DNA of 63,839 bases, filler included, from Intoshia linei (taxonomy: Eukaryota > Animalia > Orthonectida): the NCBI GenBank assembly GCA_001642005.1. It is 4 parts of 4 records of this genome, joined end to end, with 100 filler letters (N's around TTAATTAATTAA, not from the genome) between each part and the next. Parts side by side here need not be neighbours in the genome. Positions count along the whole stretch, not along the records: positions 28,382 to 50,288 come from LWCA01000631.1; positions 50,389 to 60,807 come from LWCA01001270.1; 2 more parts are not named here. The stretch is one strand, 5' to 3'. The translations under genes and the position numbers were made by a program. Positions within the stretch are counted from its first letter, which is position 1. Every line of letters begins with the position of its first letter. Shown here one piece after another: positions 41,930-53,482 of the stretch. The notes below the pieces were generated by a model. It ran no database searches. It was not told where the DNA came from and was given only the letters and a program-made list of their open reading frames with translations.

Positions 41930-44900
41930 CTATACACTATTCCGTATTTGAGTAATGATTAAATTTAACATTTCTTGGTCTGATTTGGAATTAAATTGAG
42001 AAGATAATTTAAAATTCAATTGTTCATTGTCTGTCATCTTTTCTTCCTATTTAATAATAATAATATTTAATATAATGTTTAAATAAATTAAAAATATAAA
42101 CCAATGGGTAACTATAAAAAGATTCCAAAATACCGATTAATTTTTAATTTGATTTATAAATGTAAAATTTATAACTCTCCCATTTAACCGAAAACCCGAG
42201 TTGCTACACGGCGCAAAAAAATAATAACTGAAATATCGACATAATTAATCAGTTTTAAGAATGAAAATAGTTCTGAAAGTGTACAAATCTCTAATTTCCT
42301 TTAAATTTAATATATTTTAAGTTTTAAATACAGAAACACACATACTACTAATACAACTAATACTACTAAATAGTACTTGCAGAAAAATTAATAAAATTAT
42401 TATCAGTCGAATAACAAAAATAATCAAAATCACAAAATAATAATAATCATCAATATATTTTTGAATGTACAATTTTTTTTCGAACGGGCCTACCGTGAGA
42501 GCCGTTTTAAGGCATGGGCAATATGGGCTGTAGCCCAGGGCCTCTCATTAAAAAAGGCCCCAAATTAATAAAAGTACTTTACATTTATATCTTAAAAAGA
42601 GGCCCCAATTTATTAAAAAATACTTTACATTTATATCTTAAAAATCAGTTTATAAGTTTTAAAATGTGGGAATTCAAATAGCTAGAAAGAAACTAGTTTA
42701 AAGAATCAAAGTTCTGGTAATTATTCAATTTAAAATATAATGCTTTTATTAATAATCAATGAAATAATACTCTAAGTCTCCAGTAAAAATATGCCCTGTC
42801 TTCTAAACAGGGGACCTAAATTTTTTTTAATCGCTTGCTCGAAATTTTAAAGGGTCCCGCTCCTTTGCTTAGCCCAGGGCCACAAAATGGCTTAAGACGG
42901 CTCTGCCTACCGTACGGATTGGACTGTCAATTAAAATTACCATCAGATATTTCGAACTTCTTTTTACTTTTTGTTTATTTCGAAAAATGATTGGTATACT
43001 GTTTTCTAAATAAATCAATTACATTATATACATAAGAATGTTCATTTGTATTGTTAATTAATAAAAAATAATTTAAATCAAAATAAAATTAAATGTTTAT
43101 ATTATTACTTGTAGTAGCGCAGGTTTTTTTGGTAATTAAACGTTTTTGATAAGATTTATCTAAAATGTTAAAAGTTAAATAATTTTACTATTTCAGTTTT
43201 GAAATAAATTAAGGGTGACATAGTCCAAAATGTTTAGATTAGAGTCTAATCATTGGACCGATATCTATTCCATTTCACTTGCATTATAAAAATAACGTTG
43301 TAACGTGTTACACTGTGATATAAAATGTCGATAAAGAGTGTTATCAATATTATCACTTTGAATTTAACCACATGTATTATAATAAACTAGGTTGACTGTT
43401 ATGTACTACGTACAAACAACACCTAGCTCTGTTGAGGTCACATTTTTATTTTACCAAAAAAATAAATTCATGTTGAAAATCTAACTTGAAAATCCTACTA
43501 TTCACTATTATCAATCCTTTAATGGAGTGTTTCCAAAACTTGTTTCAGGTGAACTGTTATATCACATTACTTTTTACTTTAAAGTGAATTATTCTATCTT
43601 AATGTTTTGTTTGTTAACATTTGCGTAAAGAATTTAAAAAACATTAAATTTTTTTAAATTCTTCAACTCGTTTGATTTTCAAAAAAAAGGACAATTAGGG
43701 TTTTTTACCCGTAAGATGTGAGTTTGGGAGATTGAAATTTATTTTGCTAAAACTTCTGGAAAAAAATGTAATTGAAATGTGGACTTTATAAAATTCTAAG
43801 ACTTGTAGTTATTGAAATAAACGGTAACACACACACAAACAAATATTGTGTAGCATATTATATAAGTAAAGATAATGAGAATATTTTTAAACCCAACCAT
43901 TTTTACTTAAATCTAACCATTTTAAAAATGCATTTATACCAACCCTAAAACGAAAAATTCAGTTTTAACAACCCTTTAGGGAAAATTCCAGTTTTACCAA
44001 GCTTTAAGGGAAAAATTCGGTTTCAAAAGTTTTTTATTGATTTTTTTATTAAATTTTTTTTTGTTTTATCATCAGTTTAAGTAAGTATTAAAGCGTTTAT
44101 AACTCGTTTATCGATAATCTTTCTATGTGAGAACTTCATTTTGTTTTGTTTGTGATATTGAGTTTTTATGGGATACTCCGCAATTTTGTAAAACTGGATT
44201 TTTAGTAAAAATGGTTGGATTTAAGTAGACACCAATAAATAATTATGTATCATCAATGATAAATTATAATTTATCATATCTGTATAATATAAAATTGAAA
44301 GAGAAATGGTATAGATTGGATCAAAAATAATATTAAAGTAAATTAATCCGGTAGGCCATATTACTAAAGAAAATTAATTAAAATTTACTTTCTTTGGATA
44401 TTATTTCTATTTTTGAAAATATTCCATCAAATCTGATATTTTCTTGTATTAATGTAGATAAGCCAATAGGTTTAAACCATGATACAATCTATTGATATTA
44501 AATATTTATAGTCCAATATAATTACCTCTTATGCTGCGATGAAAATTAATCATATTTCATTGGTCAAAAAATTAAAGAAAATTAATTGTGAATATTTAAA
44601 ATTTTATGGCTCCAAGTTTAACCTTTACATGTCACTCTTATACTGGACCGTGGAGAAGGGCTATGGCCATATGACCTGGCCTAGAATCATGAGGGCCTTT
44701 TTTAATTATTAATATGTTATATGTTATAAGATTTCTTAAGTATACCAAAATTTCGTTAACCAATGCGATTTGCAAGGGTTATTTTTAATTTTCAGATAAT
44801 GAACGATCGATAAAGCGTTTAAAAAAATTAAATAGGGGCCAACAATTTCCACCTGACCGGGCCTACTGCTGGCTCTCCACGCTTGTCTTGCTCTTGTATG

Positions 44901-47022
44901 AATAACAAACGTAATTTAAAAATTATTCTAAGGGTAGAGATGATTTTTAAATTTCTTTGGACCAGGGGCCTTGACACAGCACTCGTATATATAATATTAA
45001 ATTGATACCAGTCCATTGACATCTTGTAAAATAGTTATGCAGTTATTTTCTGTACACCAATTATTACAATCATTTGTCGTAGACAGACCATCATTTAATA
45101 TCAAAGGTTTAATTTCTACAATCATCTTGGGTAGTATATTACATTTTTCTTTGATTCTATAGGTTTTTATGATTACATTGTTGACAACTTGGCAAATTAA
45201 GTAATTATTTATGTTTTCTGCCTAAATTAATTAGCATTTATTTTAATTTATTTTCGTAAACATGAACCATTGTAAATTTTATAAATACCCTAAAGTTTAT
45301 GGCCTAAACCCTTTTTAAGTTATCTTTAAATTTTACTTTCACTTTTCACTTGGAGTAGATATATAAATTATTAAAAGTAAATTTTTCAACTTTTAACACC
45401 GTTTTAAACATTTTCTACTATAATTGACTCATTATCATCATTTTGATTCTGAATTTTCAGATCGCCTGGATATTATTTTGTTGAATATACTAGAACCGTT
45501 CATCTTCAGTTAAAATTGAAATGTATAATGTGTAAATTTTCAGAACGGGGCCGTAGAATTTTTGTCATAAAAAAGTGGTCCACAAGCAGCAAAAGATTGT
45601 CGACCGCTGCTCTAGAGCGACATTTTCATCATCGATAATAATAATTTATCATATTATTGATTTTTTCACAAAATTTTTGGTGATTTCTTTATGGAAAATT
45701 TTTTCACCCAATTTTTAAAGATTTTGAAAATCCCATAAAATGTTGAAAATATTCCTTAAAACGCTACAAAATGTTTCATGGAGGCGTTGAAAAAATATAT
45801 TGCTAAAAAGGGGCGGTAGACAATATAAGTTTGGGAACCCCTGGTCTACGTAATAACGGTTATATTAAATTAATTATTAAATTAAATTAAAAATTATTTT
45901 AATGTTTTTAAATAGAAGATTCAACACAATTATATTATTTTGTTGATAAATATTTATAAAATTTGGCAGTATTGCGAGGCATAACATGAACTAAGTATTT
46001 GTGGTTTTGACCATGAAGGTGTTCATTTTTGAGGCTGAGATTTACGACAATGATAATGAATTTAAAATGCGTCCCAGAATGTATGTTTTATAAATTTTAG
46101 GCTTGATTTTTTTAAAATAAAGGGAAAATTGGGATTTTGACCCTGAAAGATTCAAATTTTAAGACTAAAAAATAGATAAAAACACATACTGGGAAAAAAT
46201 GAAAAGGTTAATATTAGAAACAGATTTTTAAAATTCTACGACGGTCAATTTTTTTTTTTAATATTTTTTCAATATTTTTTTTCCAAAATATTTTATTAAA
46301 CCGAAATCGAGTAGCCTTTTATATAAGTTAGGATATGTAGACAATATTACTTCTGTATCAGATCGATTAATAATCCGAATGAACCGACCATTTTTTTCAA
46401 TTTCAATAATTTGTACACTTTTAATAAATCTAAAAATGACTATATATTATAAAAAATTACCCTTTGTCAGGTTTTTTGTAATAATTGGAAACTATAATAA
46501 TTTAACATGACACTAAAACAAAAATACATTCTTTGTAAGCATTTTCATATGATGATTCAATTTGTGATAGTTCATTATCAATAAATTCTACATTTATGGA
46601 AACTTTGCTCCTAAATATCTATGTATTAATGAACGAATTGACCGAAGCTTTTTAGGTATTATATTGGGTAAATCAAGATTGATTTCATTTGATAAATCAT
46701 ATAATCATCATAATTACAAGTGTATGATTAAAATAAAGACTTGAGGGTTTCTGAACCAAAATAGATAATATTTCTTATATAATTATAATAATTTAAACGG
46801 TAAAAAAGTAATGACCCTGGTACAAGATTACCTTTCAATTGCTCCCAAAATCGATCGCAAATACATAATATAATTTTGAACATATTCACAATGTTCAGAG
46901 TCATTTTTATCGGTATTGTAACGTTTTTTCTTTTCTATTTCATAATCAATCAACCAATTTTCAATAGAATCTAATTTATTAACAATTTCGAAACATTTAA
47001 GAGAAAATTCGGATTCTTCCAT
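41930..47022 (-). CDS. Lamin-tail-domain-containing protein (LMNTD1/2-like), multi-exon; first and last junctions uncertain
   Basis: Spliced exons at about 46350-46428, 45010-45221 and 44389-44488 give SVQIIEIEKNGRFIRIINRSDTE|AENINNYLICQVVNNVIIKTYRI..NNWCTENNCITILQDVNGL|IVSWFKPI, matching the LMNTD1-type LTD (..CITILCKPNGQAIAWYTPI). Confidence 0.7.
42497..42905. mobile_element. hAT MITE
   Basis: Perfect 8-bp TSD CCTACCGT (42489-42496 and 42906-42913); TIR GAGAGCCGTTTTAAG and CTTAAGACGGCTCTG; internal tandem duplication of about 45 bp. Confidence 0.88.
43387..43872 (-). mobile_element. Complete non-autonomous Helitron
   Basis: Minus strand reads A|TCTTTACTTATATAA ... hairpin TGTAC-GTA-GTACA ... 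CTAG|T; inserted between A and T with no TSD. Confidence 0.88.
43877..44234. mobile_element. Mutator-like MITE, copy 2 (inverted)
   Basis: Reverse complement of 38881-39213; the 9-bp TSD ATAAATAAT is restored when the Helitron at 43387-43872 is removed. Confidence 0.8.
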
Positions 47023-47259
47023 GTAGAAACAAAAAATGAAAATTAGAAATTGAGTATGAAATTGTCATAAACATAAATAATGAGTTCAATTCAATTAACT
47101 ATCTGTGTCAATACCACAAACGATAACAAGCATTTTTATTGTTGACCTGTATATAACGGAAGAAATGAATCGAAAGTGATACAAATTGTAAATCTGTCAA
47201 CACGATTTAAAATGTATAAAATTAATTAAATAGTAAAAATTTAAATTGTACAAAAATTT

Positions 47260-48080
47260 TCATCTTTTTTTTCCAATTTTATCTTTTTTGATTTTCTTCG
47301 AAAGAATAGTAAAAGCTTCAATTAAACCTTCTCCTGTCAACGCGCATGTAGGGTGACATATCCACCATTGAACAACTTTTTCCAATTCCAGCCGAGTAAT
47401 CATTTCGTCAATTTTCAAAGAATTCGGCATATCCTAAATTATAAAAAAGTCAATGTCAAACTGATTATTTTTTGCATCCTGATCAAACAGAATAAATAAA
47501 AAGTGATAACATTACTGTATATAATAATAATAAAAAACTGGTTATAAAATCTAACAATAGTTTTATGACAGATGCTAATAAATCCAATGGAACCAAGATT
47601 ACTTGTTTATTTGCAAGGACCATGAGTAAAACGTTCTCTAATAATTGATGTTGAAGACACTCGTGCAATCGTTTGCTAGCTTGTCGAACCCGACTTAAAA
47701 ATAAGATTAAAACAATTTTCGTTACCTTATATCTGAAGAATCAATAACGAATATCAAAACTATACAAAAATGAACCATGTTTTAAAAATTATATACCATC
47801 TGTATTTTGAAAGTGGTGGTTCCATTTCGATACGAATTTGTCCTGTCCACCAATATCCCATACATTCAAATTTAGGTTTTTAAATTTAAAATTATCGACA
47901 TTAAATGCTAATATTTAAAACTTTATTTACAGTTGATTAAAATTTACCTATGGTTGGAATCGTAGAAACGTTGGTATTGTGTTTGAGTTTATGCAATACT
48001 GTAGTTTTTCCTGAATTGTCAAGTCCAACCATTACTAATCGAATGTCTCGTTGTGAAAGGTAGTTTAAAATGTTTCCCAT
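47260..48080 (-). CDS. ARF/ARL-family small GTPase, 5 exons (48080-47948, 47907-47797, 47759-47726, 47693-47603, 47433-47260)
   Basis: MGN (Gly2), [38 protein letters not shown]; introns of 40, 37, 32 and 169 bp. Confidence 0.93.
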
Positions 48081-48667
48081 ATTAAAAATAAGGTAATGTT
48101 AAATTTTTCTATGATGAGCGCATCATTTACATTGAAAATAAATTCTTAACTTTGCTGTATATTAAATAATTTTATAAATTCATTAACTAAATAAAGCACT
48201 ATGTATATGTATATGTCGAGTTTTATGTAAATAATGTCGAGTACTGATAAATATGACAATAACGTTTGCATTCACTGCAATTTAATATTTAATTCAAAAG
48301 ATATCCCACTGGGCCCGTTTGTCCTTGTCACTCGGTTGTAAGCAATCACTTTTAGAGTCACACTGAACTTCCGAGAATTTCATAGAATTATAAATCATTT
48401 GGAAATGTACCAATATACTGTTTCTATGGTAATACATTGCGCACTAGTGTGCTCCAGAAATATAGTCCTTATAAAATGATGAGTAAAATAATATTTTAAG
48501 AATATGTAATTCCTTATTCAGAAAATTTGAATGGACACTTTATTTTAATTATATTTAACCTGATTTTTCTATACACTTAAACTAAGGTAAATTTAATTTA
48601 TGTTTAATTACAAATTTGTAGTGAGTATTTCTTAATTGTTGTGCAATTATAGTGCTATTTCGTTTAA

Positions 48668-48831
48668 TTAATCTTTTTTCTTTAACATTATCTCATCAGC
48701 TTCCTTACGCGAATATTCTATAAATTCTTTTTCCATATCATGGCTTGATATAATTAATTTTAATACTTCATCAACCGTTTTTTCCAGTTTTAAGGAACTT
48801 TTAGATACCATAACAAATTTTTCATCTTCAT
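48668..48831 (-). CDS. Probable terminal exon of an unidentified gene
   Basis: TTTAG acceptor followed by an open frame EDEKFVMVSKSSLKLEKTVDEVLKLIISSHDMEKEFIEYSRKEADEIMLKKKD*; upstream exons not found. Confidence 0.45.
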
Positions 48832-50288
48832 CTAAATGTTATATTAGCAAATAATGGACAATGTATATTAGGGTATCAAGTCATTTTTTTCCATTCATAT
48901 TTTACATGACGCTTTGCGCGCGAAATTTTCGAATAGAAATTCGTTCTCAAAATAAACAGGAATGATGTGCTTTATTTTTGGTTTTAATAAAATAGTTTCG
49001 AAATAAAAAAATGAATACTAAAGTGCTTTTTTGACATGAAGACGTTACTTTGCCAGATTACAATTTTTTGTGTGTTAAATTAACTAGATATAACGGTATT
49101 ATCTGTAATTTTGTTGTAAATAATTATTATAATATGATTGTTTTAATTTTTTAAAAAAAAGTTAATCTGGAGTTTTGATCATAAAAATTAACTTTTTTGA
49201 GGTTGTCATTTGTGATAATGCTTTTCTATTAAGATTTTAAAAACTATCCCAGAATTAATGTTTTATAAAATTAACAAAAAAGGGTAATTTTGGGTTTTGG
49301 CCCTGAAGATATAAGATTTTGAAATTGATAATAATATTGATGATTTTAAAATCTTTATTAGATTTTTTATAATTCTAGGGCTAGTTTGAATTTTAAAAAA
49401 CGACAATTGGGGTTTTTGACTTTGAAGGGCTCAATTTTTAAAATTAAATTTGCGATAAAACATTACCCTCGAAAAACTAATAGAAATTTCAAATTTTTAA
49501 AACTTATTTCTCTTACTTTCTCAAATAAACTGGAACAGAAACATAGACAAATAAACAAACAGGCATACATGTTTAACTAAACCCTTACTTGTATAAAACG
49601 CTTTGTTTGTCTGTGTGTGTTATCGTTTATTTTAATAACTACGAGTCTTAGAATTTTATAAAGTCTACATTTCTATTACAGTTTTTTCCGGGAGTGAAAG
49701 TAAGATAAATTTCACCCTCAGAAAATCACATCTTACGGGTCAAAAACTACAGCAACTAAAAGTACAACTTTGTTATTATCACTTTTGTATTTATTACAAT
49801 GCTTTGCAATGTTGGAAAATTCATTCGAAATGTTTTTTAACTGCTGCTTATGTTAATTATTTATTAATTTGGTAATGAATCATGTTAAATTAAATTTAAA
49901 TTTTTAATGTTAACCCTTTCACTGTCTAAATAAATTTTATGATTTTCATCACACCTCGACATACACTAGCGTTATACAATTAGATTCTAAAATGATGAAT
50001 GAAACAATCCACAAATTTTTATAGAGGTATAAATAATGCAGGAGATTACAGCACAAATACTAATTACCAAGAAATATAATCAAAGCAACTATAATTAACA
50101 ATGAAGTAATTAAACCAATCAAACGCGTTTAAAATAAACAAAAGTTCAAAATTGTAGCTAAATGTAATGTAATGTGACCAAAATGTAAAAAAACGTCGAA
50201 GTTGTATTTGTGCTGTGTTATAACGTTAACATCTTGATGATAGCGTTCCAATTCGTAACAACTCATAATATTTTTCAAAATAATATTG

Positions 50289-50388
50289 NNNNNNNNNNNN
50301 NNNNNNNNNNNNNNNNNNNNNNNNNNNNNNNNTTAATTAATTAANNNNNNNNNNNNNNNNNNNNNNNNNNNNNNNNNNNNNNNNNNNN
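50289..50388. other. Artificial scaffold spacer
   Basis: Ns around TTAATTAATTAA. Confidence 0.95.
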
Positions 50389-51718
50389 AAAAAGAAAAAA
50401 ATTTGATAGATGATTACAAAGAATGTTGTACATTAATGTTAGAAATAATTTTTGGTGGTGAAATATCCCTAAAAAAACTGACTTAAATACTGACAAATTA
50501 ATTAATCCCAAAGTAATTGTTATCACATCGCTTGTAATGGTTATCATATTGATAGTGAAATGGTATAGATTATGAGTATATAGAGACGACATTGTATCTA
50601 ACACATTATTAGAGAAAATTTTAAATTTTATTGCATGTTTGTTTATGATTGTGATGTTTGTGTTATGTTTGTGAAAAAATGGGCAGATATACAATTTAAA
50701 TATATTAACAATCAATAGTAGAACAATTTGATCATTTTTTTTTATTTAAAAAAAATTACAAATAAATCACAGTTATATAAAATTACTGACACAAATAAAT
50801 TACAATAAACCCACCTACTGGGAAGCTCTGCAATAATCATAATACATTAGTGTATAGTATATCTACTTTTAGAAGACACTGGTATTTCATAAATCAAGGC
50901 AAGATTTTAATTGTTAATACAAATGAAACGACATTAAATGAAGCAAATACATTAACTTATAAGGCTGTCTTTCAACATCGAAGTAATACATATTTTTTAA
51001 ATATAATAAATGTCATAAATTTCGACAGATTGTCAAACCAGGATTCAGATGTTACATAATTATTTATATTATTTTTAATTTGTTAATATTTTCTTAGTTG
51101 TTAAGGGAGAATTGATATGTAACTTTTTTATTTGTTAGAAACTATGATTTCACAAATAGGGCTGCCCAGACAAACTTTTTTAGAAGCGCTTAATCATAAT
51201 TTAACAATGTCCATCGATAGAATAAATAAATGTAAAATTAATTAAACTTATCTATTTTGTCATGAATTTATTTTAATTTTAACATTAATTGTATCAAAAG
51301 TTATGAATGTTAACTTATGATATTTTTTTTTTTCAGAATATAAGTGTTTTCTGCTATAGTTTTGTAAAATTTAATTTATTTAATTTAAAATAAAGTAAAA
51401 CTAAGGTACTACAATTTCTCTGTATTATGTATAATATTACATTATAAGAATACTACTATAGTAGTATCTATAATATTACTAATAATAAATAAATATTAAT
51501 TCTTGGAGGGATGCAGCCACATATCCTTCAATGACGAGCCGCCACTAATTAGATTCGAATTTAAGTATTTTTTTTTAAATTTTATGATCCACGAACGGAT
51601 GAAGTCGCGTATGGTAGTTTTATGGTTACACTGAAAAAAATTATTTTGGAGAATTTTTAGCGGAGTCGCTTGCCATTTTAAAAATTTTAAACAAACTAAA
51701 ATGTAGCTTTGTTTACAG

Positions 51719-52392
51719 CAGTGGTTCCCAAAGTGGTCCACAAGAAAAATTTTAAATAACATGAACATAACTTTTTTTTTAACAATAATAATAAATTAGA
51801 ATTGTATCGATCATTTATTATTATTATTAGTGAACGTAAACATTATTTAATCAAAATGAAGTGAAAATTTAATGAAGAACGTAAATAATTTTCACATGCG
51901 TTAAATTTAATCTATGTAACGATTTAACTTAGTTCGATTGTAGTTTCCGGAATCGAACCTAGCAAGTCCATCGTCACTTCATAAATATAAAATAACCCAT
52001 GAAAAAATTTTGTAAACGAATTATAATGTCATATAACCCTATCCACCTTTCTAAGACTCTTGAGTTGACATTTTAAATTTAACACTCAAATTGGTTAGTG
52101 CGACCAAAAGTATGAAGTAAATTAAAGCCTCCATTTTAAAAAAATTTCTTCGAGATCCCTGGGTGGAAGGATCTCGCATACGGCACTGGTAGTTCGCAAT
52201 AAGTATGTTTGAAATTAAGAATTTTTTAATTACGCAATTGAAGCTATCTTGTCAAAATTAATGTAAAATTTTCGATTTATGAAGGAATATATAATAAAAA
52301 AATCAAAATATTACCTTAGTGACATACTCAGGTTTAAAGGGATTTTTTTGTGTGACAAGTGGTCCATGAGGGAAAAAGTTTGGGAACCACGG
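51719..52392. mobile_element. hAT (Charlie/Buster-type) MITE
   Basis: TIR CAGTGGTTCCCAAA and TTTGGGAACCACGG; perfect 8-bp TSD GTTTACAG (51711-51718 and 52393-52400). Confidence 0.88.
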
Positions 52393-53482
52393 GTTTACAG
52401 TATTATTATGATGATGTACTGTAGCTATGACTTGAGTGGTCTTGTAATGATTGACATGTTACATTATTCACTTTGTATCTTTAAATTCTATTTTACCTCA
52501 TTTCTTTTTTTTAGTGATAATGTTTATTAACAAATTAAAATTTAATTTAATTAATTTAATTTAATTTTGTGTAAATTACAAGAAAGGTACACATCGATAT
52601 TCAATTTAATTATATTTATAACCTCGTTTTCAATGGGTATTTATATCTAATATTTTGGGTCCCCAAAATGGAAATAATCTAAAAATATTTATGAAATATT
52701 TTAAAGGACCTAAAAATTTCCAATATACAATGTACTGTGATTCATTTACAGTTAATGACCTGGTGTAAACTCTAAAAAGTTTATTAAATATATTATTTTG
52801 TATACATAATATGTATATATACATATTTATTATAATAATTATAATTACAGGTGACTATAAATAAAAAATTATTTAGTTAATCAATATTCAAAATTGTGCA
52901 AAGAAAGAAATTTTTATATCCTTGATGAAATAAAAACTTGTTTCAAATTTCACGTAAAATATTCAATTTTTCATTAATTTTAATGTTTAGGATAACAAAA
53001 CAAAATGCAATAGTTCAAAATATTTGCAATTCAATATATTTTTTTTTATTTTGTTTATCGTATATCTGTATTAACTTAAATATTTGTATTTTATTTTTAT
53101 TAAATCATTTCAATATACTTATTCAGTATAACTTAGTTTTGGAACAAAGTATGAACATATATGAATAGTGATCATTGATCATCTTCACTGGGTAATATGT
53201 GTCTGAATAGAGACAACTGCTACTTTTTATTAAATGTGTATGAATGATATAGATTAGTGAAATTTTTTTTTTTTAATTATGGTGCGTGTCTGAAAAACCC
53301 AATCCTACTGAACTCTTGATTGTCACTTGTACAAATCAATCCATCTAAATTTATTATCACGTATAAAAATATTTGTAAAACCACTCAACCATGTAAATTG
53401 TACACATTTATATTTAAGATTAATCAGATATCATGGAATTTGTACCTATGATACAATTTTCAATTTTTTGGTTTAATAAAAT

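Noticed and set aside
38881-44885. Two pairs of inverted repeats flanking the Tc1 element, suggesting a composite transposon or inversion
   Set aside because: The order is not mirror-symmetric and the copies have separate TSDs, so they are independent MITE insertions.
50389-50720. Possible decayed transposase (DDYKECCTLMLEIIFGG)
   Set aside because: Too degenerate, with several stops, to assign without a search.
51940-51970. GGTTCGATTCC tRNA T-loop/B-box-like motif on the minus strand
   Set aside because: No cloverleaf or A-box; lies inside a hAT MITE.
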